Positions 9,068 through 18,771 of a DNA stretch of 64,000 bases are shown here, one piece after another (position 1 is the stretch's first letter; every line of letters begins with the position of its first letter). The stretch comes from Oligoflexales bacterium (GTDB taxonomy: Bacteria; Bdellovibrionota_B; Oligoflexia; Oligoflexales; JALZUQ01). The notes beneath the pieces were generated by a model. That model worked only from the letters and a program-made list of their open reading frames with translations. It ran no database searches and was not told the DNA's origin. Both the position numbers and the translations under genes were made by a program. Location of the stretch: contig JALZUO010000016.1 of the NCBI GenBank assembly GCA_023301565.1, forward strand, positions 6,967 through 70,966. The letters are read 5' to 3'.

Positions 9068-10036
9068 CTATTCCTTCCGCAAAGTAGCTAACCTAACTAT
9101 ACCCATCGGACTGTGAGAAGACTCGTCGAGCATAAAAAGAGAGGTTATTTCCTTCTCTTCCATTCTTTTTATGCAGGTCCAAACAGAGTCGCTGCTTGTA
9201 CAAACGACCGGATTTTTTGAAGCAATCTCAGAAAGCGGCGTAGAAAATGCATCTTTGCCGTATTTCAAAAAAGCCCTTCGAATATCCCCATCTGTGATGC
9301 AGCCTACAAGTTTAGCATTTTCCTTTACGCCTACTATCCCAAGGTTTTCTGCCTGCAAAGCCTCTAAAACTTCATTCAGCCCAGCCTCTAGACCCACATA
9401 CAGGCGAGGCGGGCTCTCTGTATACCTAGAAGCTGAAGCAATTTTAGCACCTAATGTTCCGCCCGGGTGAAGTTTGGCAAAAGAATCGATATTTACTTTT
9501 AGCTTATGCATCAAGGCCACCGTCAAAGCATGCCCAAGAGCTAGCGAGACAGAAGACGAAGAGGTCGGAACAACCCCTAAAGGGTCAGACTCACTTTCTA
9601 TGCTTGCGTCCAAAACATGGCTGGACTTAGCAGCTAGGCTCGAACTGGGGTTTCCAGTAATAGAAATCACTTCGATGCCTTTCTCTCGGCAAAACTCGCA
9701 CAATCGAAGGGTCTCTATGTTCTCTCCGCTATGCCCAAAGGCAATCAAAACGTCTCCAGTAAGTAAGGTCCCTGCATCCCCATGCATGGCCTCTGTAGGA
9801 TGTAAAAACGAAGAAGGGACGCCTATGCTCGCTAAAGTAACAGACAGCTTTCTAGCTATATGGCCAGACTTTCCAAGGCCTGATGTAAAAACCCGGCCCT
9901 TGCAGCTGTAGATCAAATTTACAGCGTTTACAAAACCTTTACCCAGCCTTGTAGAGCAGCTTTGAATTTCCTGAGACTCTTTTCGAAGAACATCTTTGCC
10001 GAGTGTTAATGTTTTTTGGTCAACCAACTCAGTCAT
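9068..10036 (-). CDS. kdsD: Arabinose-5-phosphate isomerase (SIS plus CBS pair)
   Basis: SIS motif GLGKSGHIARKLSVTLASIGVPS, a C-terminal tandem CBS-like region, and a position upstream of the lpt genes. Confidence 0.85.
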   Translation of the reverse strand: MTELVDQKTLTLGKDVLRKESQEIQSCSTRLGKGFVNAVNLIYSCKGRVFTSGLGKSGHIARKLSVTLASIGVPSSFLHPTEAMHGDAGTLLTGDVLIAFGHSGENIETLRLCEFCREKGIEVISITGNPSSSLAAKSSHVLDASIESESDPLGVVPTSSSSVSLALGHALTVALMHKLKVNIDSFAKLHPGGTLGAKIASASRYTESPPRLYVGLEAGLNEVLEALQAENLGIVGVKENAKLVGCITDGDIRRAFLKYGKDAFSTPLSEIASKNPVVCTSSDSVWTCIKRMEEKEITSLFMLDESSHSPMGIVRLATLRKE

Positions 10037-10091
10037 GGCAGTCCTCCGTGTTTATCGTTCGCTTCAACTTTGGAGCCTATTAAATAAAAAA

Positions 10092-11729
10092 CTACTTTGT
10101 GGCGCTGTGTTTTAAAGCTGCCTTTACAAAAGAGGCAAACAACGGATGAGCCGACCGAGGTGAGCTTTTTAACTCAGGGTGAAACTGGCACCCTAGATAC
10201 CACGGGTGATCTTCTAGCTCCATAATTTCTACAAGCTCTCCGTCTGGTGAGGTGCCACTAAAACGCATCCCTGCAGATTCAAACCTCTCCCTAAAAGCAT
10301 TATTAAATTCAAAGCGATGCCTATGACGCTCCGATACAGAAGCAGTCCCATAGCAGCGTTTTGCAAGAGAGTTTTCGTGCAACTCACAAGGATATGATCC
10401 GAGGCGCATTGTGCCACCCTTGCGGTGCACACCTTTTTGATGTTCCATCAAGTGAATAACTTCAGAATCAACGGATTCGCTCTCTTTGCTGTCCTCTAAA
10501 AACTCTGAGCTTGTTGCAGATGCAAGCTCTAGCGCATGCTTTGCAAACTCAACCGCTGCCACTTGCATCCCCAAACAAATTCCAAAAAAAGGAACTTTGT
10601 TTTTTCGAGCAAACTGCGCAGCTTGTATCTTGCCTGCAATGCCGCGTACACCGAACCCTCCAGGAACAAGAACACCATCAAAACCCTGAAGTTTTTCAGT
10701 TAAATCTTGCTCAGAAAGTTTGCTGGCATCTAAGTAGTCGACGATAACCTTAGACTCGGTTTGGATCCCGGCATGAATCAAAGCCTCTTGTATAGACTTA
10801 TACGAGTCGATGACATCCGTATACTTGCCAATCACCCCAATACGAACCCTATGTTTTGGCTCAAGTATGCGCTTTCTAATTCGGTCCCAATCTGACAAGT
10901 CAGGGCTTTGCGTCCAAATTTGCAGCGAGTCCATAAGCTTTTGGTCAAAACCTTGTTTATGAAAATCGGTAGGAACCAAATAAATGCTTTCCGCGTCTTG
11001 GGCCTCAATCACCCGGTCCACAGGAACGTTGCAAAACAAAGATATCTTCTTCTTTTTTTCTTCTGAAACACTTCGATCAGCCCTGCAAACTATAAAGTCA
11101 GGCTGAATACCTATCTGCCTCAACTCTTTTACAGAGTGCTGGGTAGGCTTGGTCTTTAGCTCTTTTGCTGGAGCAATATAGGGCAGCAAGGTGACATGGA
11201 CGAAGTGTGCATTTTGCGCACCCAACTCTAAGCGAACCTGTCGAATAGCCTCTAAAAAAGGAAGGCTTTCGATATCTCCAACCGTACCGCCTATTTCAAT
11301 GATCGCTACATCGCTTCCTTTGGCAGCCTCAAACATCTTTGCTTTGATCTGATCGGTCACGTGTGGAATAACCTGCACCGTACCGCCTAAGTATTTTCCA
11401 TCTCGCTCGTTCGAAAGAACTGCGTCGTAGACCTGGCCTGTTGTAAAACTGTTTTTCTTAGATAGTTTTGCTGTGGTAAAGCGCTCGTAATGACCAATAT
11501 CTAGATCGGTCTCTGCGCCATCGTCAGTTACAAAAACTTCGCCGTGCTGAAACGGGTTCATTGTACCTGGGTCAATATTTAAATATGGATCGGCTTTAGT
11601 TAAGCTAACCTTTAAGCCGCGAGTTTCAAACAATGCTCCCAAACTTCCAGCAACAATTCCTTTGCCTAAAGAAGAAACCACACCACCGGTGATAAAAATA
11701 AATTTTGTAGATTGATTACCTGGGGGCAT
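10092..11729 (-). CDS. pyrG: CTP synthase
   Basis: N-terminal [17 protein letters not shown], glutamine amidotransferase GICLGMQ, and a C-terminal HPEL motif. 545 aa. Confidence 0.95.
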   Translation of the reverse strand: MPPGNQSTKFIFITGGVVSSLGKGIVAGSLGALFETRGLKVSLTKADPYLNIDPGTMNPFQHGEVFVTDDGAETDLDIGHYERFTTAKLSKKNSFTTGQVYDAVLSNERDGKYLGGTVQVIPHVTDQIKAKMFEAAKGSDVAIIEIGGTVGDIESLPFLEAIRQVRLELGAQNAHFVHVTLLPYIAPAKELKTKPTQHSVKELRQIGIQPDFIVCRADRSVSEEKKKKISLFCNVPVDRVIEAQDAESIYLVPTDFHKQGFDQKLMDSLQIWTQSPDLSDWDRIRKRILEPKHRVRIGVIGKYTDVIDSYKSIQEALIHAGIQTESKVIVDYLDASKLSEQDLTEKLQGFDGVLVPGGFGVRGIAGKIQAAQFARKNKVPFFGICLGMQVAAVEFAKHALELASATSSEFLEDSKESESVDSEVIHLMEHQKGVHRKGGTMRLGSYPCELHENSLAKRCYGTASVSERHRHRFEFNNAFRERFESAGMRFSGTSPDGELVEIMELEDHPWYLGCQFHPELKSSPRSAHPLFASFVKAALKHSATK

Positions 11730-11922
11730 TTTGCTGACTCCGAAGATAGAAGAACTTCAATTAAATTTACGGGCTTTGTGACTCGCTCACTGCCTTCGGG
11801 AGCCCAACTTAGTACAAGTTTGAGCGAATTCCAATTCTTGATTTCAGCCCCCAATCAAAGGCCTCAGAGGCTTGCCATTGAGCCTCCAACCCACCTAAAA
11901 TGCTAAGAAATTTTGCGCACAG

Positions 11923-12594
11923 CTAGAGCACTAGTCCCCAGGCCGATTGGCAAAGCTCCAAAAAGCCCATCGCCACAGGTCCGATCCAGAAGAACCCGCC
12001 CATAACAAACAAAAGAATGAAGGCGGGCATAGCGTAAGACTGAAGCGAGTCGTAGCCAGCGATAAGTTCTCGGTTTGCTGGTAATAGCCCGCGCAAGACG
12101 TCAGCGCCATCTAAGGGCTCTAAAGGCACTAAGTTAAAGAAAGCCAAAATAGCGTTTACAAATGCAAACTGAAAAAAAAGGCTAATCAAAGGAATAAAAA
12201 AACTGGCGTTAGGAACAGTGTTCCAATCTACTTGTTGCAAAAATAAAAAAAGGCCAGCCGAACAAAAACACAAAACCATGTTACTTAGCGGGCCCGCAAA
12301 AGAGATAACCATCATAGCAGTTCTTTGGTCGCCTCTGATGTTATTTGGATTTACCGGAACAGGCTTTGCCCACCCTAAGAGTGGAAAGTTTGACACTGCT
12401 CCGAGAATTGGCAAGAGAATCGTGCCTATAGGGTCTATATGCGGCAGAGGGTTGAGTGTCAGGCGTCCCTGGCTTTCGGCTGTATCATCTCCGTACTTTT
12501 TTGCAGCAAAGGCGTGAGCCCATTCATGCACACTTAACGCAAAGACAAAGCTAATAAAAAATCCAAAAATTTGCCCTAAGTCCAAACCAAACAC
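11923..12594 (-). CDS. Peptidase M50 / site-2 protease family membrane metalloprotease
   Basis: HEWAHAF (HExxH) lies inside the first hydrophobic segment. Polytopic membrane protein of 223 aa. Confidence 0.75.
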   Translation of the reverse strand: MFGLDLGQIFGFFISFVFALSVHEWAHAFAAKKYGDDTAESQGRLTLNPLPHIDPIGTILLPILGAVSNFPLLGWAKPVPVNPNNIRGDQRTAMMVISFAGPLSNMVLCFCSAGLFLFLQQVDWNTVPNASFFIPLISLFFQFAFVNAILAFFNLVPLEPLDGADVLRGLLPANRELIAGYDSLQSYAMPAFILLFVMGGFFWIGPVAMGFLELCQSAWGLVL

Positions 12595-12701
12595 GTATTT
12601 TCTCCAAACCCAATTGCATCAACCAAAGTCTCTTTTACCAGACAGTTTGCTATAATTTAAGCAGTTAATTGTACTCTATAAAGAAAGAGGAGCGCATTGG
12701 G

Positions 12702-13925
12702 ATGAAGTGTTTCAACCTTATTTGTGGTTTTGCTGTGGGTGTAACAGCTCTTCTGGTTAGTTCACCGAGTTTTGGAGCTAGCGTAACGAAAATAAGCACC
12801 AGCCGCGGCCTAGTACTCATCGATGAAGGCTCAGGCCAGGGAATATCTTATCGAGACAAGATCTGTATTTATTCAGACTCTGGCTCGAAGGTAGCATGCG
12901 GTTTAGTTGTAAATGCCAAAGAAGATTCTAGCTTTGTCGTGATTTCGCAGGCAAGAGTTCGCAAGGTGCGAAAAGGCATGAGGGCAGACCCTGAAGGGTC
13001 ATCCGAAAATTACTCGCAAGGCCAAGATAGTGGAGACTACGAACAACAAGAAAGTAGCGGGTCAAAAGCAGCCTCTGGCGGCTTTGGTAGCGGTCTTCGC
13101 GGTAAGCTTAACTATGTTTTAAGTGTGATTCCGCAAACCAGAACATCTGGACCTGTCCCGTACGACCCAGTAGCTATGAATAGGCCACCGAAGCTGCCTG
13201 CCGACGCCGTCGGTGATCCGAACTGGGGAGTTCCAACAAACATCGGGCTAATTGGTAAAATGCGCTTGATCGGTGTTGGCGGCGAAATAGATTTTGGTGT
13301 TACCAAAAGCATCCGAGCAGCCGTTGGACTTAGGTACAAGCTTGGCGGATACCCGAACACCTTTGACGGTGAATCTATTGAAATGGCTAATACGATTTCC
13401 GAGCTCTCTGGAAGCTCTATTGGTGGATATCTAGATGCTTATCTTATCAACCGACCTGTGGGCCCCGTAAACCTTTCGGCTGGTGTAGGTGTGGATTTTG
13501 AAATGAACAGCGTGACCTTTAAGACAGGCGATCGGGCAACTACAGCAGGCAGTACAGCAGCGGGCACAGAAGACGCTACAGCTAGTAAGATTGGCACAGT
13601 AAGCTACGAGGGTACTGCAAGCGGATCGATCGTCAGCGTGCGGGTTCCAATTGAGGTTAGCTTTCCTGTCATGAAAAAACTAAGCATTGGGGTAAAGCTA
13701 GTTCCCATGTATTCAGTCCTTGCACTAGGCAGGTCCGTTAATTTTACAACCCAGGGCACATCGGGAACGATGCCTCCTCAAGGGACAGCTGCCGGGACAA
13801 CTACTGGCGAAGAAACAAACGCTGCCGATGCAGTCAAATACGATGACTACTTTAGCGCGCTTGGGGTTGAGCCTGCTGGTTTGGCCTTTGAGATGTATCC
13901 AATCTCTATTCAATACTCGTTTTAA
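12702..13925 (+). CDS. Putative outer-membrane beta-barrel protein, unknown family
   Basis: Start moved to the ATG at 12702, preceded by AAGAGGAG. Signal peptide ending SFGA. Acidic/Gly-Ser low-complexity linker. Alternating-hydrophobicity C-terminal half ending in the aromatic terminal residue pattern IQYSF. Confidence 0.5.
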   Translation: MKCFNLICGFAVGVTALLVSSPSFGASVTKISTSRGLVLIDEGSGQGISYRDKICIYSDSGSKVACGLVVNAKEDSSFVVISQARVRKVRKGMRADPEGSSENYSQGQDSGDYEQQESSGSKAASGGFGSGLRGKLNYVLSVIPQTRTSGPVPYDPVAMNRPPKLPADAVGDPNWGVPTNIGLIGKMRLIGVGGEIDFGVTKSIRAAVGLRYKLGGYPNTFDGESIEMANTISELSGSSIGGYLDAYLINRPVGPVNLSAGVGVDFEMNSVTFKTGDRATTAGSTAAGTEDATASKIGTVSYEGTASGSIVSVRVPIEVSFPVMKKLSIGVKLVPMYSVLALGRSVNFTTQGTSGTMPPQGTAAGTTTGEETNAADAVKYDDYFSALGVEPAGLAFEMYPISIQYSF

Positions 13926-14103
13926 ATAAAAAAGCGGTCACAAGCCATAGAGCCCAAGCTCAACAGCCTAGGGTTAAAAACTGCAGGCCACTTTTTTGCT
14001 TATAAAATAATCAAAATACGCCCCTTCAACTAACCGCTCTGGTGTTTTTGCTGGGGCGGCTTTATAAACTGATATAGGAAGCTCTTAGATGAGCGACACG
14101 CGT

Positions 14104-14193
14104 GGAGAGGTGGCTGAGTGGCCGAAAGCACATCCTTGCTAAGGATGCGACTGGGCAACCGGTCCGGGGGTTCGAATCCCCCCCTCTCCGCCA
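14104..14193 (+). tRNA. tRNA-Ser (anticodon GCT), CCA encoded
   Basis: Hand-folded. Acceptor GGAGAGG/CCTCTCC. Anticodon stem CATCC/GGATG with loop TTGCTAA. Long variable arm. T-arm GGGGG-TTCGAAT-CCCCC. 3' GCCA. Confidence 0.9.
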
Positions 14194-14227
14194 GCGAGAA
14201 TCATCTAGCAGCACCTGTTTAAGTTTA

Positions 14228-14312
14228 GGAGGGGTGGCCGAGTGGTCGAAGGCGGCGGTCTTGAAAACCGTTAAAGGGCAACCTTTCAAGGGTTCGAATC
14301 CCTTCCCCTCCG
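14228..14312 (+). tRNA. tRNA-Ser (anticodon TGA), CCA not encoded
   Basis: Hand-folded. Acceptor GGAGGGG/CCCCTCC. Anticodon loop CTTGAAA. Long variable arm. T-arm AAGGG-TTCGAAT-CCCTT. Discriminator G followed by TTC. Confidence 0.9.
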
Positions 14313-14322
14313 TTCTCTTAAA

Positions 14323-15978
14323 CTAAACCATCGAGTTTACACCGTAGAAAATAAGCATCGCAAATAAAAACATCCGAGTTTTTGGCAACAGCTTAAGTTG
14401 GTGCTTTGCGACAAGGTTCATAGCTAAGAACAAAAAGAAGCTCCGCAGCGCCACTACTACAAGGTGGTGATCAGTCCGAAGCTGTTTTGGAAAAAACAAA
14501 AGCAGTGTAGGAGCAAAAACTAGAAGCAAGTCTTCTGGGTGCACCCTTAGATTGCTCGACTTATGCTTGGAAATCAAAAAGCAAAGCCCAAATCCTGCTA
14601 AACATAAGTAAACAAGGTTATACGGCGTTTGTAGGTCAAAAAGCGTTTCTCCAACTAGCAGCTGTAGCGGGTCCTGGTTTATCACCAAAACAATAAAAAC
14701 AGCGCTTACAAGAAAGATAAATTTTCCATAAAAATCAAACCTGATTTTAGGAATAAAAAAACTTGGCAACAACAGTCCGGCCAAACAAAAAGAATACAGC
14801 CCCCAAACAGGTTCAGAAGGCTTTTGAGCAAATACTAAAAAAGAAAGAGCTGTCAACACAGACAACCGAACCAAAACCCCCAGACGCAGCAGCGTCTTGT
14901 CGAGCTTCAAAAAGCCAAGGATGCTTTGAATAAGGGGCGTAGAGCGCATGGCGTAGCCCGCAGCAACTACAGCAGCTGTTCCAGCAATCATTGCAACCAC
15001 AGGTTTTTGTGTCCTATTATAAGCAACCACGGCCACAGACAAAAACCCGATAAAGGCTGCAATAAAATACTCTATAATCACGACGCGGGAATGCGAAAAT
15101 CCTCTTTGCAACAAAAGGTGGTGTGAATGAGTGTTGTCAGCTCGAAAAATAGATATCCCACGTAAAAACCTAGAGAAAATAACTCTGCCTGTGTCCAAAA
15201 TTGGCAAAGCAAAACAGCCTAATATAGTAATCAAGTAAGGCGTTTGGTTTTGGTTCTCACCCAAAACAAGAGTCAAAATTAAATAGCCAACGAAAAAACC
15301 AATAAAATTACTGCCGCCATCGCCCATAAAAATCTTCGCAGGATGAGAATTGTATCTTAAAAAACCTGCCAGGCTAAAAATAAGGGGCAAAGAAAGAAGG
15401 AAAACCCTGTAAGAATCATTAGCGTGCAAATCTAAAAGACTCAAAAAAACAAGGGCTATCAAAACAATCCCACCGGCTAGCCCATCCAAGCCATCCTTTA
15501 AATTTGTAGAATGAATTCCCCCTACCAAAATAAAAACAAAAAGTGGAAAGGCCAAAACAGGGTCAACCTCTAAACCAAGGTGAGGGCCAAACCTTAAGTA
15601 GGCCACCTCTCCAAGCCGAGGCAGACACGCTAGAACAGCTACGCCTCCCTGCAAAAGAAGCCTCAGCTTCCCCGACAAAGAGTAGAGGTCATCAAAAAAA
15701 CCAATCAAAAAAACCAGGAAAAAGCATAGGGCAATAGGCGGCGACACAAAGGTCTGTAGCTCTTCGAAAACCAAATAAAAAAGTGCTACTGGCAAAAAAA
15801 GCGCTATTCCTCCAAAACGAGATGTCGGCTTTTTATGTACTCGCCTACTGCTTTCTTTAGGGTCCTCAAAACCAAGCGACGCAAGGTGGGGAAGGGATGC
15901 AAGCCTACAAAGCCCCATACTCAAAACCAAGCAAGCTGCTGCGCCTATCGATAAACTTTCTATCTGTGGTGATAACAA
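14323..15978 (-). CDS. Polyprenyl-phosphate sugar-1-phosphate transferase (WecA/MraY family, glycosyltransferase family 4) with about 230-aa C-terminal polytopic extension
   Basis: Motifs FFDDL, NLKDGLDGLAGG, FMGDGGSNFIGF and HSHHLLL all fall in the first 320 aa or so. The remaining 230 aa or so are hydrophobic segments with no recognisable motif. Confidence 0.8.
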   Translation of the reverse strand: MLSPQIESLSIGAAACLVLSMGLCRLASLPHLASLGFEDPKESSRRVHKKPTSRFGGIALFLPVALFYLVFEELQTFVSPPIALCFFLVFLIGFFDDLYSLSGKLRLLLQGGVAVLACLPRLGEVAYLRFGPHLGLEVDPVLAFPLFVFILVGGIHSTNLKDGLDGLAGGIVLIALVFLSLLDLHANDSYRVFLLSLPLIFSLAGFLRYNSHPAKIFMGDGGSNFIGFFVGYLILTLVLGENQNQTPYLITILGCFALPILDTGRVIFSRFLRGISIFRADNTHSHHLLLQRGFSHSRVVIIEYFIAAFIGFLSVAVVAYNRTQKPVVAMIAGTAAVVAAGYAMRSTPLIQSILGFLKLDKTLLRLGVLVRLSVLTALSFLVFAQKPSEPVWGLYSFCLAGLLLPSFFIPKIRFDFYGKFIFLVSAVFIVLVINQDPLQLLVGETLFDLQTPYNLVYLCLAGFGLCFLISKHKSSNLRVHPEDLLLVFAPTLLLFFPKQLRTDHHLVVVALRSFFLFLAMNLVAKHQLKLLPKTRMFLFAMLIFYGVNSMV

Positions 15979-16027
15979 AACAGGCCTTTCTCAAATAAAA
16001 ATCGCCCATTCTTTATTGTCCCAAAAA

Positions 16028-16417
16028 CTATTCTTTGGACAAATCTTTTTTTATTTTTGTCGTGGAGACACCCTCTGTTCGAGACAGGTAAACAACCTCA
16101 CAGTATTCTTGCAAAAAATCGAACTCGCCCTTCCAGTCGTCTCCAATAACAAAGGTGTCAATATTTAACTTTTTTATATCATCCACTTTTTGCTCCCAAG
16201 AGCTCTCGGGGATAATTTGATCTACATATCGAATAGAGCCCAGAATCAGCCTTCGCTCATCAAAGCTATGATAAGAAGACTTGTGCTTTCTGCTGTTAAA
16301 CTCATCTGTAGACAGACCAACCGTTAGGTGGTCGCCTAGCCCCTTGGCTCTTTTCAACAGATTTATATGCCCCCAATGCAGCAGGTCATAAGTTCCATAA
16401 GTAATGATTTTCTTCAT
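16028..16417 (-). CDS. tagD: Glycerol-3-phosphate cytidylyltransferase (TagD/TarD type)
   Basis: Start moved to MKKIITYG at 16417. HxGH motif YGTYDLLHWGHINLL, C-terminal RTEGVSTT motif, about 130 aa. Confidence 0.88.
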   Translation of the reverse strand: MKKIITYGTYDLLHWGHINLLKRAKGLGDHLTVGLSTDEFNSRKHKSSYHSFDERRLILGSIRYVDQIIPESSWEQKVDDIKKLNIDTFVIGDDWKGEFDFLQEYCEVVYLSRTEGVSTTKIKKDLSKE

Positions 16418-16547
16418 AAAAACACCATCTGCTTCTCTCAAAAATTAGGCAAGGCCCGCGGGTGCCATTCTATATCAACTGAGGCTTAACTCTGCGCTTT
16501 TTGTTTGCCATATGCTGCTTTTTAAAACTTTTAAACACCGGCTCTTC

Positions 16548-17657
16548 TTAATGAAAAAAAGCGTCAAGCTTCCCCGTAGCCGCTCCTATCTCACCAGTCA
16601 ATAGTTTGCTCATCTCCTTGTGCTCATCTGGGCTGTACATAAAGCCAGATAAATCGTTGTTTTTATTTATAAACCTTTGAATAATCATGCCTATGTCAGC
16701 AAAAAACCCCACCTCTTCTGCAAAGTCGTCGTCTGGGTTTGTAAGAATAAAAACTGGCAGGCCTAAAGCAGCAAAGTCGAGGGCGAGGCTGCTGGCGTCA
16801 GTAATAAGCCCCTCGAAACTGGACATTTCTTGGTAAATATCGGGAGCAAAAAATGCGGAATACGCCACTATATTTGAGTAGCTCCTCTTTAATTGCTCTT
16901 GCTCAAACATTGGATGAAACTTTAAATACAATGTCCGCCTCGAAGACTTAAGCACATTGTTGATGTCCTCTAAATCAAGCCGAAACAAAGGATCTTTTTT
17001 ATTTTTTCTCCAAGTAGGCGCATACAGCAAACTTCCACGGGGTGGCTGCTTTAGGTGCTCTCGTGAAAACTGAATTCTTGGCGGCTCGTCAATCAATACA
17101 GAGCTTGGAGACACGCCGAAAGAGCTGGCTACTTTTTCTACCTGGTTACCGGAGGCAGCAAGCCACCTATAGAACTTTGTGGGGTTAAGCCGATAATAAG
17201 CTTTTTTCAAAAAACTTTGTTTTTTTTCCGTCAAGCCAACTGTTTTAAAAAGTGTTCCGTGGCCTAAGTGAAGGTTTTTTCTTCTGAAGCCGGCAAAAAA
17301 GCCATTGAAAGGCGTTTCCAGCGTTGAGCAAACCCAGCCTTTTGCTGTGACCACTTTCCAGAAACCCAAAACAGAGCTTGTAGTGATAAAGTAAGGTCCA
17401 TACTGATCTACTAGGATTGCTCTTAGCCGAGCGTCATTGACTAGAAAAAAGACGCGGCCTGCATAAGAAGGTTTTTTAAACATCGATAAAAAAAGATACT
17501 TTGCATCATAGCTGAAATCTTTTGTGTGTGAGCTGCAAAATACAAAGTGCGAATACCTAGGAAGCGCCATTCCCACTAAATTAAAAAATGTTCCTACGAT
17601 CACACTGACCAATCTTTGCTTTGTATACCTTTGACGATTATTCAATTTTTTACACAC
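16548..17657 (-). CDS. CDP-glycerol glycerophosphotransferase family protein (TagB/TagF-like)
   Basis: Family-typical YAPTWR motif, an appropriate size for the catalytic domain, and a position immediately upstream of tagD. Confidence 0.7.
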   Translation of the reverse strand: MCKKLNNRQRYTKQRLVSVIVGTFFNLVGMALPRYSHFVFCSSHTKDFSYDAKYLFLSMFKKPSYAGRVFFLVNDARLRAILVDQYGPYFITTSSVLGFWKVVTAKGWVCSTLETPFNGFFAGFRRKNLHLGHGTLFKTVGLTEKKQSFLKKAYYRLNPTKFYRWLAASGNQVEKVASSFGVSPSSVLIDEPPRIQFSREHLKQPPRGSLLYAPTWRKNKKDPLFRLDLEDINNVLKSSRRTLYLKFHPMFEQEQLKRSYSNIVAYSAFFAPDIYQEMSSFEGLITDASSLALDFAALGLPVFILTNPDDDFAEEVGFFADIGMIIQRFINKNNDLSGFMYSPDEHKEMSKLLTGEIGAATGKLDAFFH

Positions 17658-17721
17658 CCTACTCTAGGTTTACTTTGGCTAATTTTGATAAAATAAAAAA
17701 CTCTGCACTTTCCTGGATCGA

Positions 17722-18771
17722 TCACAATAAGTCCTGACGGTTTGTAGCCTCTAAATGCTCTACCACCTCTTTAACCCGCTGGGCCTCTTCTGTTTTGCAT
17801 ACGAGCAAAGCTTTATCTGTGCTGACAATGGTCAAGCCCTCGACTCCCACGATCGCTGCAAAACGGTCGACATCTACAATGTTGTTTTTTGTGCCTTGCA
17901 TAAACGCCTCCCCTAAAACAATGTCTCCGTTCAAATCGGCTCTATATAAATCCTTGTAAGCTTTATATGTCCCCATGTCCCCCCACTTGAAGCTAGCTTC
18001 TACCACAGCTGCTGACTTAGACTTTTCCAATAGGCCTTTATCGATAGAAATGTTTTCTAAATTTGCATATTTTTTTTTACAAAATTCTACGTCACTTAAT
18101 GTATCTGCAATAAGAGGCAACCAAGAAGCAAGCTCTCGCCAAAAGACCTGCACACTCCAGACAAAAATTCCCGTGTTCCAAAGGTATCCGTTCTTTATAT
18201 ATTTTTCTGCGCCTTCATGGCTGGGTTTCTCCTTAAAAGACTTTACTTCAAATGAGCTTAAACCTTTATATTGAAGGCCTTTTTCAATATAGCCAAAACC
18301 CGTTTCTGGCCTCGTCGGCCTAAGCCCTACAAGTGCAAGCTTCCCGCTTTTTGCTAATGCTATAGCTTGCTTTTGACTCTGCCAAAAACCAGCATCTAAC
18401 TTGATCCATTGGTCTGCATGCCAACAAACCATGACTGGATCACACTTTTCCGAACAAATAGAGCGGATATAGGAAGCAGCTAACGCCAGTGCAGCGGCCG
18501 TTCCTCGCGGCTTAGGCTCTGCAAGAATCTTTCCGCACAGACTGCCAGCAAGTTTGCTTGCAAGTTCAAACTGATGATCGCTTGTAACTACAATCCTCCT
18601 ATTTTTTGGAACAAAACCCTCCATCCGCAGCAGTGTCTGCTCCAACATAGATCTGCCGCTTTTGCCGGCTGTTTGAAACTGTTTGGGTATGTTTTTGGTG
18701 GATTTTGGCCACAAGCGGGTTCCAGAGCCGCCTGCTAAAACAACTGCGTATGTAGACTCTGACAGCTTCAT
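17722..18771 (-). CDS. Sugar-1-phosphate nucleotidylyltransferase, mannose-1-phosphate guanylyltransferase-like; no C-terminal isomerase/cupin domain
   Basis: N-terminal VVLAGGSGTRLWP motif and 349 aa. ATGA overlap with the upstream dehydrogenase gene. Confidence 0.8.
   Translation of the reverse strand: MKLSESTYAVVLAGGSGTRLWPKSTKNIPKQFQTAGKSGRSMLEQTLLRMEGFVPKNRRIVVTSDHQFELASKLAGSLCGKILAEPKPRGTAAALALAASYIRSICSEKCDPVMVCWHADQWIKLDAGFWQSQKQAIALAKSGKLALVGLRPTRPETGFGYIEKGLQYKGLSSFEVKSFKEKPSHEGAEKYIKNGYLWNTGIFVWSVQVFWRELASWLPLIADTLSDVEFCKKKYANLENISIDKGLLEKSKSAAVVEASFKWGDMGTYKAYKDLYRADLNGDIVLGEAFMQGTKNNIVDVDRFAAIVGVEGLTIVSTDKALLVCKTEEAQRVKEVVEHLEATNRQDLL

Noticed and set aside
9171-9911. Antisense ORFs inside kdsD. 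Similar long antisense ORFs occur inside gatB (23073-23510), murE (59306-59719), rsmH (62339-62761), ftsZ (48018-48887), gyrA and gyrB.
   Set aside because: All are opposite strongly supported conserved genes. Their translations are low-complexity or Ser/Arg/Cys-rich, and they lack ribosome-binding sites. These are typical shadow ORFs.
14062-14326. Two 74-75-codon ORFs, one on each strand, over the tRNA region
   Set aside because: They coincide exactly with the two tRNA-Ser genes. The tRNA folds explain the sequence.
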